Below are positions 34,581-47,527 of a stretch of 64,000 nucleotides of DNA, in pieces; the stretch's first letter is position 1, and each line of letters starts with the position of its first letter. The position numbers and the translations under genes are program-made. The stretch is from positions 1,054,001 to 1,118,000 of the forward strand of contig JABVCE010000009.1 of the NCBI GenBank assembly GCA_014905635.1. Reading direction: 5' to 3'. Below the pieces are notes generated by a model that was not told the origin of the DNA, made no database searches, and saw nothing but the letters and a program-made list of their open reading frames with translations. Source of the DNA: Scenedesmus sp. PABB004 (lineage: Eukaryota).

Positions 34581-37468
34581 CTACGGCGCGCCGCCGCTGC
34601 CGCTGCCACCGCCGCCGCCGCCCGCCGCGTCGCTGCCGCCGACGCGGGTGATGCGGCCGTCCACCGTGGGCGCGACCACAAACCTGCCGCTGACCGGGTG
34701 CCGCACGCAGTTGCCCGTGGCTATCAGGTCCGTCGCGCGGTCGCGGCCCTGCGGGCAACGCGGGTCGGCGCCGGCGCTGGCGCGCCGCCGGCCGGCCGCG
34801 GGCCGGAAGCCAAACCCCGGGCCTTGCGCAGCCCCTCACCGAGTTCTTGCGCGCCTGCGCCCAGCGCTTGGCGAACGCCCCGACTCGGGCCGTGGGGTCC
34901 AGCAGGTTCAACACCTGCCGGCGCAGCAGGCGGGGCTGCGGCGGGCGCGCGCGCAGCGCCGCGGGCGCGCCACGGGGCCCTCGCGCCGCGTCGCCGCGCC
35001 ACGCCGTGTCGCGCAGCGCACCTCGAGCATGCGCGCGTAGTTCCGCAGCACCGTGGGCAGCTGCGGCGCGACCTCGGCGTCGAGCAGCACGCGCGAGCCC
35101 TGCGCCGGCGGGCGCAGGCGCGCGCCTCGGCCCTCGCGCCGCCGGCGCGGCGCGCCCTGCAGCGGCGCGCGCCGCGGGGCGCACCAGCAGCACGTCGAAG
35201 CCGTCCTTGCCCTCGGCCAGGAAGGCCTTCGTCGCGAGCGCGTAGCGCGCGCCGGGGTCGAGCGGCGCGCGCTCGCTGCCGACCGTCACGCTGCCGGGCA
35301 GCACGCGCGCGCCGGGCGGGCGCGACGGGTCATACGAAAAGCGAACGCCGCTGACCTGGGAACGCGGCAGGGGCGGCGGCGGGAGCCTGGAGCCTGGGCG
35401 CGCGCGCGGCAGCCGCGCCGCGCGGCGCGGAGCGCGGGGCGCGGCGCGGGGCGCGGACCTGCGGGAAGCGGCCCTCGCGCTTGGGCCACGCCGACACGCC
35501 GTTCTCCAGCGCCGCCAGCAGCTGCGCGCCCGTGACCTGCAGGCGGCGGGCCGCCAGGCAGGCGGGAGGCGGCTGGCGTCGCTCGCGGGCCGCCGCCGCG
35601 CAGCCGGCGCGCCCGCCGCGCAAGCCCCGTGCATGCCGCCGTGCCCAGCGCGCCGGGCGCACCTCGAGCACCACACTATCATCCATCATAGGCAGCACCG
35701 CCAGCAGGTCGCGCAGCGTGAAGGGCCCCGCCGGGTGCACCACGTCCGACCTGCGCGGCGCGGCGCGGCGCGCGCGTCTCGCTGCCGGCGCCGCCCCCGC
35801 CGGCGGCGCCCGGCGCGGCCCGTCCCGCCGCGGCGCCGCGGCGCCGCGCCTGAAGGTCCCGGAGTTGAGTATGCAGACGTCGGCGGAGCAGGCGCGGCGC
35901 AGGACGTCACAGAAGAGGGACCCCAGGTTGCTCTCGGCGCTCCGCACGGCGTCAAAGCGCCCGTCGAGGGGCGTGAGGGACACGGCCAGCACCTCGTCCA
36001 GGCGGCCGCCCAGCGCGGCGGCGTGGTCCGCGACGTGCGCCGCGACGGCGGCGTCCTCGGGGTCCGCCCCCCGCACCTCGTGCGTGCGCCAGCTGAAGCG
36101 CGGCCGTGACTGTGATGGTAGCGTGACCGTGACGTGCGTGAACTGCCGAAAGTCGGTGCCGGACTTGACCAGCAGGTTGCCGTGAGGCTGTACCAGCTCG
36201 ACCTGCGCGCGGTGCGGGCGGCGGGGGCCGCGTGTCGTGGCGCGCCGGCGCCCGTGCGTGCACACGTTGCATGCGCCACGCGCGCCGAGCGGTGCCCCCC
36301 CCCCCCCCCCCCTCCCCTGCCGCCGCGCCCGCGCGGCGCGGCGCGCCTGCACGTGGTGGTCGTGCCCGCCCAGCACCGCGTCGATCTCGGGCGCCGCCGC
36401 CGCGAGCGCGAGGTCGTTGGGCACGCGCATGTGCGTGAGCGCGAGCACCACCTCCGCGCCCGCCGCCTGCGCGCGGGGCGGCGCGGCGCCGTGCGTGCGC
36501 GTGCGCGCGCCGCGCGCGTGCGCGGCGGGCCCGCGCCCCGCGCCCCCGTGCCCCGAGCCCGCGCGCGGCGCGGCCCCGGCGCACCCGCAGCTCGCGCGCG
36601 GCGCGGCGGCCCTCTTCGATGAAGGGCAGCACGGTCAGCTCCTCGGGCTCGAGGCAGCTCAGGCACTTGGCCCACTCGGCCTCCGCCAGCCCCACGAGGC
36701 CGACGCGCACGCCGGCGTGGTCCAGCAGCAGCGTGCGCCGCGCGCCGCCGAGCGGCTCGCCTGGCGGCGTGGCGCGGCGCGTCGTTGCGGCGGCGCTCGT
36801 GCCCCTGCTGCGCTGCGCCGCGGCAGCGTTGCTGCGCACCCGTCTGCCTGTCCAGCACGTTGGCCAGCAGCCACGGGAAGCTGCACTCCGCTGCGAGGGA
36901 CCTGCGGCGCGGCCAGGCGGCGGCGGCGCGCGCGTTCGCCGCGCTGCAAGCTGTCGCGGCGTGCGTGCGGCGGCGCGGGCCGGCCACTAATCTATCTCCT
37001 CTGTCTCCACGCACACAAAGTTGTCCAGTCCGTAGTCGAGGTCATGGTTGCCCAGGCACGCCGCCGCGACGCCCGCCGCGTTGAGCACGGCCGGCATGTG
37101 CTTGCCCAGCCTGCGGGCGGCGGCGCGGCGGCGCGAGGCGTGGCCGCTGCCGGCGCCCGGCGCGGCGCGGCGCGGCGCCCCGCCTGTGCCTTACGTCTGG
37201 ATCGAGAGCATGCTGGGCGCGAACGCGTCGCCGCTGAACAGCACGAGCGGCGGGCTGGGCAGCGACCCGCGCAGCGCGTTGACCTGCGGGCCGCGCGCAC
37301 GGGGCGGCGTCACCCGCCGCGCTGCCGGCGCCGGCGCCGCCGCGCGTCGCGTGGCCGCGCCTTGGCGACGAACCGCGCCGCGCCGCCTATGGGCTCCTGC
37401 GCCCCTGCCTCAATGTTGTACACGTCATTGAAGTGGATCACCTCCAGCCGCCGGTCGGGCGCCGCCAT
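34581..37468 (-). CDS. 5'-nucleotidase / apyrase family (metallophosphoesterase plus 5'-nucleotidase C-terminal domain)
   Basis: IHFNDVY, LFSGD, LGNHDLDYG, LTHMR, LGGHDH, ESNLG, LNSGTFR, LENGVS..GRFPQVSG. Confidence 0.93.
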
Positions 37469-37902
37469 ACGGCTGCCAGCGCTCGCCGCGGCGGCGGCAC
37501 CGGCGGCGCGCGAGCAGCGGCGCGTGAAGCCGCGGCGGGCGCGAGCAGCGGCGCGTGAAGCCGCGGCGGGCGGCGCTGCGCCCAGAGATGCTCTGAAGAC
37601 GTGTGGTGGCAGCAGGGCCTGAACGGGCACAAAAGGCCCGGTCAGTCGGTAGAACCGCGGCGGTTCGGCGGCGCAGCGCCGGTGCACCGCCCGCCCGCCG
37701 CGCCCGCGCCGCCACTCGCGCCCGCCCGCCACGATCAGCACGGCGCCGTCACCACCGCATCTCTGCCTGCGGTGCCCCTGACGCACTGCTGTCGCGCGCT
37801 GCAGCGCCGCCGCCGCGTGGGCGCCGGCCGCTCCACCCCGATGTGATGCCCTGACGCCCGGGGCGGCCCGCCCCGCGCTGCCCCTGGGGCTCTGGCAGCG
37901 CC

Positions 37903-39018
37903 ATGGCAGACGCCGGCGTCAGCCTGGGGCACTTTGTGTCGGCGGACGCGCCGGCGGCGCGGGCGCGGCTCGAGCTGCTGCCCGCGCTGCCGCTCGCCGT
38001 GCCCCGGCTGCTGCTCTTCGGCCCGCAGCGCACCGGCAAGACGACGCTGCTGTTCCAGCTGGCCTTCCGGCTCGCCGCCGCGGGCGACGGCCGCGCCGTG
38101 GCGCTGCTGGCCGACCGCGCGCGCCTCGACGCGGCGCCGCCGCTGCTGCCGGCGGGCGTGGAGCGCGGGCACGCCGCGTTTGAGCGCGTCCAGCTCAAGT
38201 GCGTGCACGCTGCGCGGTGTGCGCGCGCGCACTGCCGCGGACCGCGGCCCACGCCCGCCCCGCCGCGCAGGTACGTGTCAGACCTGTCAGGCCTGCGCGC
38301 GTATGGCGCCTGCCTGCACCTGCTGCCCGAGCCGCCCGCGGCCATCCTGGTCGACGAGCTCTCCGGCCTCCTGCAAGCCAGCAGGTGGGCACCCGCGCGC
38401 CGCGGCGCCGCACGCCCGGCGCCGGCGGCGCGCCCGGCCAGCCGTTCAGAAGCCGTGCGCCGCCAGGCTGCAGGACAAGCGCGCGCGCGACGCTGAGCTG
38501 ACCAAGGCGCTGGCGTTCCTCATTGATGGGCTGGAGCAGCTGCAGTGCGGCGCTGCTGCGCACGCGCGGCGCGGCGGACGCGGCGGCGGCGGATGCGGCC
38601 GTTGCCGCGCGCGCCGAGCGCCGCGCGCCGCGCGCCGCGCCGTGCGCAGGGCGCGGCGGGGCGCCGCGGTGCTGCTGGTCGTCGCGGACACGTGCGGCGA
38701 GGAGGGGCCGGCCAACCTGTACCTGCTGCAGCGCTGGTTCCCGCTGATGCTCTCGGTCACGGGTGCGCGGCACACTGCCACAGCACGCGCGGCTGCGGCG
38801 CCCGCGCGTCGGCCGCCACGCGCGACCGCCGCGCCCCGCCGCTCTGCCCGCCGCGCTGCCCGCTGCGCGCCGCAGCGAGCGGCGCGGGCGCGTCGCGGCT
38901 CATGACGCTCGCGGTGGCGCCGCCCTGCCGCGCGGGGGTGCCTGCGGCGGTCGCGCGCGCGGCGGTGCACTACAGCCTCACCGCGGCGGCGCTGCACGTC
39001 CAGTCGGTTGCGCTGTGA
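37903..39018 (+). CDS. SWSAP1: RAD51-paralog-like ATPase, SWSAP1-like (Shu complex)
   Basis: Short RecA-fold protein with LLLFGPQRTGKTTLLFQLA (Walker A), RVQLKY and PPAAILVDEL (Walker B). Confidence 0.72.
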
Positions 39019-39262
39019 CCCGGCGGCGCAACGCAGTCACCAGCGGGCCTCGGTGGTTGTTCGGTGACTCAACCCCAGGGTCAGGGGTTCAATCGTTGCG
39101 GCTGCACGTGTGCGCCGCCGCCGCCAGAACCGAGGCCAGAACCGAGGCCACTTTCACCCGCCCGCACACCGGCGGCTCCGCACCGCGGCGCCCGGTGCTC
39201 GCGAGCAGCGCCGCCGCCCGCCGCGCCGCCCGGTGCCGAGCAGCGCCGCTGCGCCTGCGTGG

Positions 39263-39624
39263 ATGCACCACGCGCAGGCGGGGCGCGTCCTGCTGGCGAG
39301 CGCGACGCTGGCCTTTGCCTACGCCAGCGCCTGGCTGCTGCTCACGGTGCGGCGCCCGTGCCGGCGGCCAGGGGGGGCCGGCGGCGCGTTCGCCGGCGCT
39401 GCGGGCGCATGGACGTGCGCTAAGCCGGTCCCGCGGCGCCGCAGCCCTTCATCGACGAGGGCCAGCCCGTGCTGCGCCTCTTTCCTGCGCCGTCGGCCCT
39501 CTACCTGCCGCTGGCGGCCTGCCTGGTGGCCGGCGTGGCGGCCTGCCTGGCGCACGCGGGCTGGCTCACGCTGACGGAGGCGCCGGCGGGGGCGCAGGCC
39601 GACGTCGACGCGAAGGCGCGCTGA
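39263..39624 (+). CDS. DPM2: Dolichol-phosphate mannosyltransferase regulatory subunit 2
   Basis: Two-TM protein: GRVLLASATLAFAYASAWLLLT|PFIDEGQPVLRLFPAPSALYLPLAACLVAG; one intron ~39347-39444. Confidence 0.8.
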
Positions 39625-39648
39625 GGTCGGCCGCAGCGCGCGGCGGCG

Positions 39649-42600
39649 ATGGCGGCAGCCTGGCGCGCGGACGACTGGCAGGCGCAGCTGGAGGAGGCGC
39701 TCGCGCTGGCCAGCATCTTTGGCGACGACTTCAGGTGGGCGGCGGCCGCTGTCTGCGCGCCAGCAGCGGGGCCGCGAGCGCCGGGGACGTGGGCGCCAAC
39801 CAGCGGGCCCGGCCGGCCCACGCCCCTGCCGCTGCTGCCCGCAGGGTGCTGCACATCCCCGGGCAGCAGCTGGCCAGCAGCGACGGCAGCGATGGTGGCT
39901 GCTGGCCGGGCGCGGAGCAGCTCGAGGCGCTGCTGGGCAGCGCGCCGCCAGCCGCCGGCGCGGGCCTGTTGACGTGCGAGGCGACCGTGCACGTGGAGCT
40001 GCCCGCCGGCACGCTGCAGCTGCTGCTTGATGTGCAGGGAGCCGCGCAGGGCGGCGGCGGGAGCGGGGGCGACGCCCCGCACGCTGAGGGCGCCGTGCCG
40101 TTTGGCCCGCCCGTGCGCTACCTGCCGCCGGTCTGCGTGGTGCTCGAGCTGCCGCCCGCATACCCGAGCGACGCCGCCGCGACGCCGCGCGTGCGCTTCG
40201 CGGCCTGCGCGTGGCTGGCAGCGCCGGCGCAGGCCGCGCTGTGCGCGCAGCTGCAGTCGCTGTGGGAGGAGCAGGGCCCGGGGCCCATCTGCTTCAGCTA
40301 CCTGCAGCACATCAAGGGCGGCGCGCTGCCCGCGCTGGGCATCGTGACGCAGCTGGTGCTGACGGGCGGGCAGCAGCAGGAGCAGGAGCTGCAGCAGCAG
40401 CAGCAGCAGGAGCAGCAGCAGCTGCAGGAGCAGCAGCAACAGGAGCAGCAGGCGCCGGTGCTGGCGCGGCCTGCACTGGCAGGCAACGACGGCACCAGCA
40501 GCGCTGCGGCGGCCCAGCAGCCGCAGGTCGCTGTGCGCCTGCGGCTGCTGAGCCGCGACGGCGGCAGCAAGGGCCCGTCGCTGGACGCCGCGCCCTTTGA
40601 TCCGCCCGCTGGGGCAGGCCGGGCGCGCAAGCAGCCCAAGCGTCCGCAGTTCAAGCAGGAGTGGAGGCCGAAGCAGCAGCAGCAAGAGCAGCAGCAGCAG
40701 CAGCGGGAGCCGGAGCAGCAGCAGCGGGAGCAGCAGCAGCGGGAGCAGAGACAGCCGGAGCAGCCGGCGCAGCAGCAAGCGGAGGAGCAGCAGCAGCCGG
40801 GTCGGGCGCCGGCCGGCGCCGGCCAGGGCGACGGCGCATCGGCTGCGGAGCGGCTTGCGGTGCAAATCCTGCGGCACAGTGCGGCGCGTGAGGCTGAGGC
40901 GTTCAACGCCGGCACCTGGACCTGCACGATCTGCTTCGAGCAGGTCCCGGGCACCGCGTGCCTCCGGCCGCCGTGCGGGCACCACTACTGCACCGCCTGC
41001 CTGCAGGCGCACGCGGCGGCGCAGATTGAGCTCGGCACGCACGACGTCATCGCCTGCCCCGAGCCTTCCTGCCGCGCGCCGCTGCCGAGCTACGCCGTGC
41101 GCGAGCTGCTGGGCGAGGAGGGCTTCGCCAAGTGCGTGCGGCCTCCGCAGGCGGCGCCGGCGCCGGGCGCCGCGCGCGCGCGCCACTCACCACGCGCTGC
41201 TCACCGTGCGCCGCTCACCGTGCGCGCGCCGCGCCTCGGCGCCGCAGGTGGGAGGCGCAGGTGGAGCGGCGCGCGCTGGACCGCATGCCGGACGTCGCGT
41301 ACTGCCCGCGCTGCGAGGCGGTGTGCTTTGAGGACTCGGAGCACATGGCCCAGTGCGGCAGCTGCCTGTACGTCTTCTGCACGCTCTGCTGCGACTCCTG
41401 GCACCCCGGCACCGAGTGCCTCGACCCCATCGAGGTGCGGCGCCGCACGCGCAGTCGCGGCCGAGGCTTGCAGGAAGCGCGCGCGCGCGCAGTCGCGGCC
41501 GCGGCTTGCAGGAAGCGCGCGCGCGCGCCGCCCGCCCGCCGCCGCGGCCGAGCGCCGCACGCGCCGCCCGCTGCCCGCGCGCCCGCGCGCCGCGGCGCAG
41601 CGGCTGCGCGTCCTGGAGCGCCGGCGCGGCGCCACGGCGCCGGGCGACCGCGCGGCGCAGCTGGACTTGGTCAACCAGGTGCGCCACGGGGGTGGGGGCG
41701 CGGGGGCGCGGGGGTGCGCGGGGGCGCTGGGGAGGGACCCATCGCCCACCGCCCACGCGCCCGCGCCCGTGCCCGCCCCGTTCTCTGAACCCCACCGCTG
41801 TCCCGCCCCGCCCTGCAGGCGATGACGCTCAAATTCCTGTCTGGCGCGAGCAAGCGCTGCGGCGCGTGCGGCGTGGCCACGATGAAGAGCGAGGGATGCA
41901 ACAAGATGCACTGCAGGTGGACTCCGCGCGCGCGGCTCGCGCGGCCGCGCCGCCGCCGACCGCCCGCCGCGCACGCGCGTGCCGCGCCCCGCGCGCCCAC
42001 GCCCCCGCCGCCCCCGCCGCCCGCCGCCGCCCGCCCGCGCGCGCGGACTGCAGTTACTGCGGCGCATCGTGGTGCTGGGTGTGCCTGCAGGTGAAGCGCG
42101 GCGGCGGCGGCGGCGGCGGTGGCGGCGCAGCGACCGGGCGGCTGGCAGCGCGCGCGCCGACCGCCGCCGCCGCCGCGGCCTGCCGCTGCCGCTGCTGCGC
42201 CTCTGCGGCGCAGGTCATTGACAACGGCTACGACCACTACAAGGCCGAGGGCGAGGGCCCCGGGCGGCGCTGCCCGATGTTCGACCCCCAGGAGATTGCG
42301 CGCTGGAACGCGATGTGGGGCGGCCCGGGCGAGCGCGCACGCGAGGTGGAGATGGGCCAGGCGCTCATGCGGGTGAGCGGCCAGCAGGCTGCGGCGCGGC
42401 CGCCGGGCGGCGCGGCGCGGCGGCGGAACGCCTGATGGTCTGCCGAAATGCTGTCGAGTGCGCACCCTCGCCGCCGCCGCCGCCGCGCCCGGCTCGCGCC
42501 GCCGCGCAGGTGCGGCTGCAGCAGGCGCCCGCCGGCGGCGTGCGGCTCTGCCGCTGCCCCGTGTGCGGGCAGGAGAACTTGCGGGACGGTCGCAACAACC

Positions 42601-42819
42601 TCATGCGGTGAGCAGCAGGGGCCCGCCCGCCCGCCCGGCCGCGCGCGAGCCGCCGCCGCCACGCGCAGCCACGGCCGCGCGCGACGCGCCCCGCCCTGCC
42701 CGCCCCGCAGGTGCTGGTCCTGCAAGTCCCACTTCTGCTACTCCTGCCGCGCATGGCTGCGCGCCAAGGTCGGCGCGCACTTTGCTGGCCGGGGCGCCTG
42801 CCGGCAGCACTCGGACTGA
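39649..42819 (+). CDS. RBR E3 ubiquitin ligase, RNF14-like (RWD-RING1-IBR-RING2 plus extra C-terminal zinc finger)
   Basis: QLEEALALASIF, LPPAYPS (RWD); CTICFE..CGHHYC..CPEPSC; YCPRC..CGSC..FCTLC..WH; KRCGAC..KSEGCNKMHC..CWVC; CPVCGQ..NNLMRCWSCKSHFCYSC. Confidence 0.92.
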
Positions 42820-42992
42820 GCGGGCGAGCGGCTGGGTTTGAGCGCAAAGCCCTGCCGCGTTTGAACGGACGGCGTCGGCGCCGCAACGCGCGCCTGGCCC
42901 GACCGGTCGCTCACACCCCGATACCCACGCAGCGGGGGCGTACCACCACCAGCATCGAGCGCGCCGCGGGTGCGGATAGCAGCGGCGGCGCG

Positions 42993-45900
42993 ATGTTTGC
43001 CGCACCGCGCGCAGCCAAGGCCAGCAGCGCGCGCCGGCTGGGGTCGGGCATGGCGCTACCACCAGAAGACGGCTCCACCGCGCCGCCCCAGCAGGCGCCG
43101 GCGACGCAGCAGGCGCCGCGGCAGGAGGGCAGCAGCGGAGCCACGCGGCCCGTCCCGCGCCCGGCGGCCGCCGCATCGGCGCCAGCCGCCCGCCCCAGCA
43201 AGGCGCAGGCGCTGGCGGCCTTCCAGAGCGCGGTGGAGGGCGCGTCGCGGGCGCGGCTGGCGGCGGCGCCCGACCCGGCCCCGCCGCCGCGTGCGCCGCC
43301 GCCGCCGCCGCCGGACGGCCCCGCGCGCCCGCTGTCGCCGGCCCCTGTGCCGGCGGCCGGCGCGCCCGCCGCCGCAGCGGGGCAGGCGCTGCCGCGCGCG
43401 GCGTGCGCGCTCGCGCGGCTGGCGGCGGCGCTGGAGGGCCGGGGCCACACCTACCTCTATCAGCTCGACCCGCCCCTACAGGCCGCGCGCGACGCGCTGG
43501 CCGCGCTGGCGGCGCGGCTCGCGCCGTGCGGCGGCGGCGGCGACCCGGCGGCGGCGCTGGACGAGCTGGCGCCGCACGGCGCCGGGGGCGGCGGCGCCGG
43601 CGCAGCGCTCGGCGTGTGCGCCGCGGCGTGGGAGGCGAGCGCGCTACTGCTGGAGCGCCACTACGCCGCGGAGCCGGCCAACACCGAGGAGCAGGCGGGC
43701 GCGCTGTTCGCGCCGGCGCGGGTGGTGTGGGGAGCGGCGGACGCCACGCAGCCAGACGGGCCGGCGGAGCTGAGCGCGCAGCTGCTGGAGTGCCTGTCCG
43801 GCCTGGCGAAGGCGCGTGCCGCGCCCGGGCGCGCGGCGCAGCTGCGTGCTGAGTGCGCTGTGCGGGCGCCGCTGACCCTTGCGCGCGCGGCGCCGCAGGT
43901 GGGCGGCCGCTGGCAGGCGGTGGGCAGCGTCGAGGCGGCGCAGTGGTGCCACCTGCAGCTGCGCAAGCACCTGCCGGCCGTGGCGGGTGCAGCGGCGGAC
44001 GCGAGCCGCCCGCTGCCGGCGCGCCAGGGGCTGCAGCAGCTGCAGCTCCAGATCTTGCAGGCCAGCGTCTGCGCCGCGGCGCAGCAGGGCCACCAGGCGC
44101 GCGAGCGCGCGCGCGGGGCGGCGCGCGGTTTGCTTGCGCCGCGGCGGGCAGGCACACTCGGCTGCCTTCGCAAGCTCTGCCGCGACCATGCGCGCCCGCA
44201 GGCGCTGTGGGCCAACCTGTCCGCCATGCTGCAGCAGCTGCTGCGCAGCAGCAGCCTGGAGCAGGAGGAGGGCCTGGGCGCGTGCCTCTCCCTCGCGGGC
44301 GCGCTCGCGGAGCAGGCGGCCGCGCTCGGCGGCGCCGGCGCCGGCAGGCCCGCGGCAGCGCGCCCGCCGGCGTCGGTCGGCGCGGTCTGGCTGCTTGAGC
44401 TGTCCTGCAAGCTGCTGGAGCAGGCGCGCGAGCGTGCAGAGCAGCTGGCGGGGCCGCCCGGCGGCGCCGACCGCGCCGACGGCGCCGGCGCGGGCAGCCA
44501 ACACGCGCGCCCGGCACTCGTGCAGCACGTCGTGGCGGTGCAGCAGCAGGTGCTGCTGCAGCTGGGGCAGGCCCGCCTCGCCGCAGGTCAGCCCGGCAAG
44601 GCGCTGGACGCCGCCGCGGCGCTGCAGGGCCTCGCGGCGGGCCCCGTGCCGGGGCTTGTGCAGCTGTCCTGCCAGGTGCGCCGCGCCGCGCGCCCGTGCC
44701 GCGTGCCAGCTGCCGGCGCTGCCTGGCGCCCACGCGCAGCCCCCGCGCGCAGTCGCTGCTGGCGCAGGGCAAGCTCGCGCCGGCGTCGGCGCAGCTGTGT
44801 GCGTGGCTGCGCCAGGGCGGGCAGGCGCCGGACGAGGCGTGCGCGGCGGTGGACGCGTTCCTGTCCGCGCTGCACGCGGCCGCTGGGCCGGGCGGCGACG
44901 AGGCGGCGGTCGCGGACGTCGCCGCGGCGGCGGCGGAGCGCGTGCGCGGCGACGCGTCGGTCGCCGTCACGGTGGCGATGGCGCTGCTCGCGAGCGAGGT
45001 GGGGCGCCGCACCCGCCGGCCGCGCGCTGCGCCGCACGCGTGGCCGGCGACGCGGCTGCGGGCGGCACGCGACAGCCGAGTCCGCCGCCGCCGCCACCGC
45101 CGCCGACGTGCGCGCAGGGCGGCGGCGGGCAGCACGTGGTGGGGCTGGAGCAGGTTGCGCTGCGGCTGCTGGGCGCCGAGGAGGTCTCACAGGCGGTGCT
45201 GGCCCGGCCCGACGACGCCGCGCGCTGCCACGCGCTGCTGCACGCGCGCGGCGCCGCACACTACGCCGCGGGCCGGCCGCGCGCGGCGGCGGCGGTGCTC
45301 ACGCCGGCCGTGTTTTTTGCGACGAGCCTCGCTGCGGGCCGCTCCGCGCGCCTGCTGGCCATGGCGCTGGCGCGCGCGGGCGAGCCGGGAAGGGCGCTGG
45401 AGTATGTGAGCCTTGCCGAGCAGCAGGACGGCCGCGCGAGCGCGCTGGGCTGCCTCGTACGCCTGCACGCGGCGCTGCTGCAGGCGCGCGACGGCACGGA
45501 GCACGGCGGCGGCGCGGGCGCAGGCGAGTGCGAGGCGCCGGCGGCGGGCCTGGCGGCGTGCGGGGACGCCGGCGGCGAGGCGGTGCAGGTGGGCTGCCGC
45601 CGGCGCCTCCGCCGCACGCGCGGCGTGCTGCCGCGCAGCGAGCTGCCATCATGCCTGGCGCGCCGCCTGTGCTGCCGCACCCACCCTTCCCTCCTCCCGC
45701 TGCGCAGGCCGGCCTCTGCCTCTGCATGCATGCGGGCGCCGCCGGCGCGGCCTGGCGCCTGGTCAAGGCCTGGGGCGACCGCGCCGGAGAGCTGCCCGGC
45801 GGGTCCAGGGCCCAGGCGGAGCGGCGCGTGCAGGCGCTGCGAATCATGGCCCGCCTGCACCGCGAGGGCCAGGGCGGCGCGGAGCGCGCGGCGCAGCTGG

Positions 45901-47527
45901 CAGACATGTGCGGCCTGCTCAGCGCGTGCGCGCAGCACGCCCTCGGCTGCGGCGGCGCAGCGGTGCCCGGCGCGGCGGGCCCCTGCCTGCCGCTTGCGCA
46001 GCGGATGTGGCTGGCGGACGCGGGCCTGCGGCTGGGGCGCAGCGCAGCGCAGGCGGGGCTGGGCGAGCCCGCGGCGGCGGCCCTCGAAGCGGCGGCGGCC
46101 TGCTGCGACGACCTGCTGGCGGGCGTGGACGGCGAGGGGGCGCCGCAGCTGGCGCCCGCCGCGGCGGCCGGCGCGTGCCTGCGCCACGCGGCCGCCGCAG
46201 CGGGGGCCGGTGCCCTGCTGCTCCGCGCGCACGCGCGCGGCGACGCGGCTGCGCTGCCGCGTGCCGGGCAGCTGCTGGCAGGCGGCCGCGCCGCGCTGCA
46301 GCGGCTGGAGGCGCTGCCGGCGGCCGGCGGCGGCGGCCTGGCGGCCACCGGAGCGGGGCGGCCGCAGGGCGCCGCCGCCGCCGCAGCCCCCGCGGTGGGG
46401 CTGCAGCACGCGCTGCTGCAGCTCAGCTTTGTGGCGGCCTGCCGCGGGCAGCGGGACGACGAGGCCAAGCGGTGGCTGCAGGAGCTGGCGCTGCACCCCG
46501 CCACGCTGCCCGAGCACCTGCGCGCTGCCGCGCGCGAGTGCGTGGTGGCGCCCGACGCCGGCGCGTGGCGCGGCGGCGACGGCGTGGCCACGCTCGCGGC
46601 CGGCCACGCGCTCCGCCTCGGCGCCGGCGGCGCCGGCGCGCCGCCCGACGCGGCGGCGGTGGCGGACGCCGCGCTGCGCCTGCTCGCGCTGACACGGTCG
46701 CACGCCGTCGCGACCAGGGCTTGCGCCAAGGTGGCGGAGGTGCTCGGCGCGATGCGCGCCGCGGCGCCCCGGGCGGCTCGTTCCCGGCGCAGCCGCTGCG
46801 GTGGCTGGTCGCGACGTGCTGGAACGCTGCGGTCGCGCTGCGCGTCGCGGAGCCGGCGCTGGCACGCAAGTACCTGCGCTGCGCAGACGCGCTCGTGGCG
46901 TTCCAGGCGCCCGAGCGCCGCGGCGGCGGCGGCGCCGCCGCCGCCGGGCAGCAGCAGCGGCACTGGCTGCTGGGCTCGCGGCACCACCGCGCCCTGCACG
47001 CCGCGCTGGCGGCGGCGCCGGCTGCGGGCGAGGGTGCCCCCCGCGCCAGGGACGCCGCGCCCGGCTCGCTGGACGACGGCGGCGAGCCCGCGGCGGGCCA
47101 GCAGGAGCGCGCGGCAAGCCAGGAGGAGCAGGCGGGCACGGGCGGCGGCGGCGCGGCCGCTGCCGGCAGCCTGCTGCTGGCGTCGCAGGCAGCGGGCGGT
47201 CCAGCCCAGGCAGCGGCGGCGGCTGCGGCCGTCGACGGCGGCGTCGAGCGCGGCGGCGGCGCAGGCTCGACGGGCGCGAGCGAGGGCGCACGGCCGGAGC
47301 AGCCCGCGGCGACACAGGCGGCGGGGCACGCTGCCGCGGGCGGGGTGTGCGCCGACGCGCGGGGCGCCGCGGGGGGGCTGGCGAGCCCTGCGCCGGCCGC
47401 GACCACCCCGGCGGGCAGCGCTGGCGGGAGCTGCGCCAGCGGCGACGGCGACAGCTGGTGCCTCGGCGCGCCGAGCCAGGGCGGCGCGCTGCGGCTGGTG
47501 CTGTCGCAGGGGGGCTCCAGCGGCTGA
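42993..47527 (+). CDS. ZIP4: TPR-like meiotic crossover protein ZIP4/SPO22/TEX11-like
   Basis: CHALLHARGAAHY..RSARLLAMALARAGEPGRALEYVSLAEQQD and C-terminal FPAQPLRWLVATCWNAAVALR resemble conserved ZIP4/TEX11 blocks as I recall them; many introns. Confidence 0.65.

Noticed and set aside
41440..41525. Short intronic tandem duplication (also a 30-bp duplication near 37510-37570)
   Set aside because: Ordinary slippage-type repeats with no further structure
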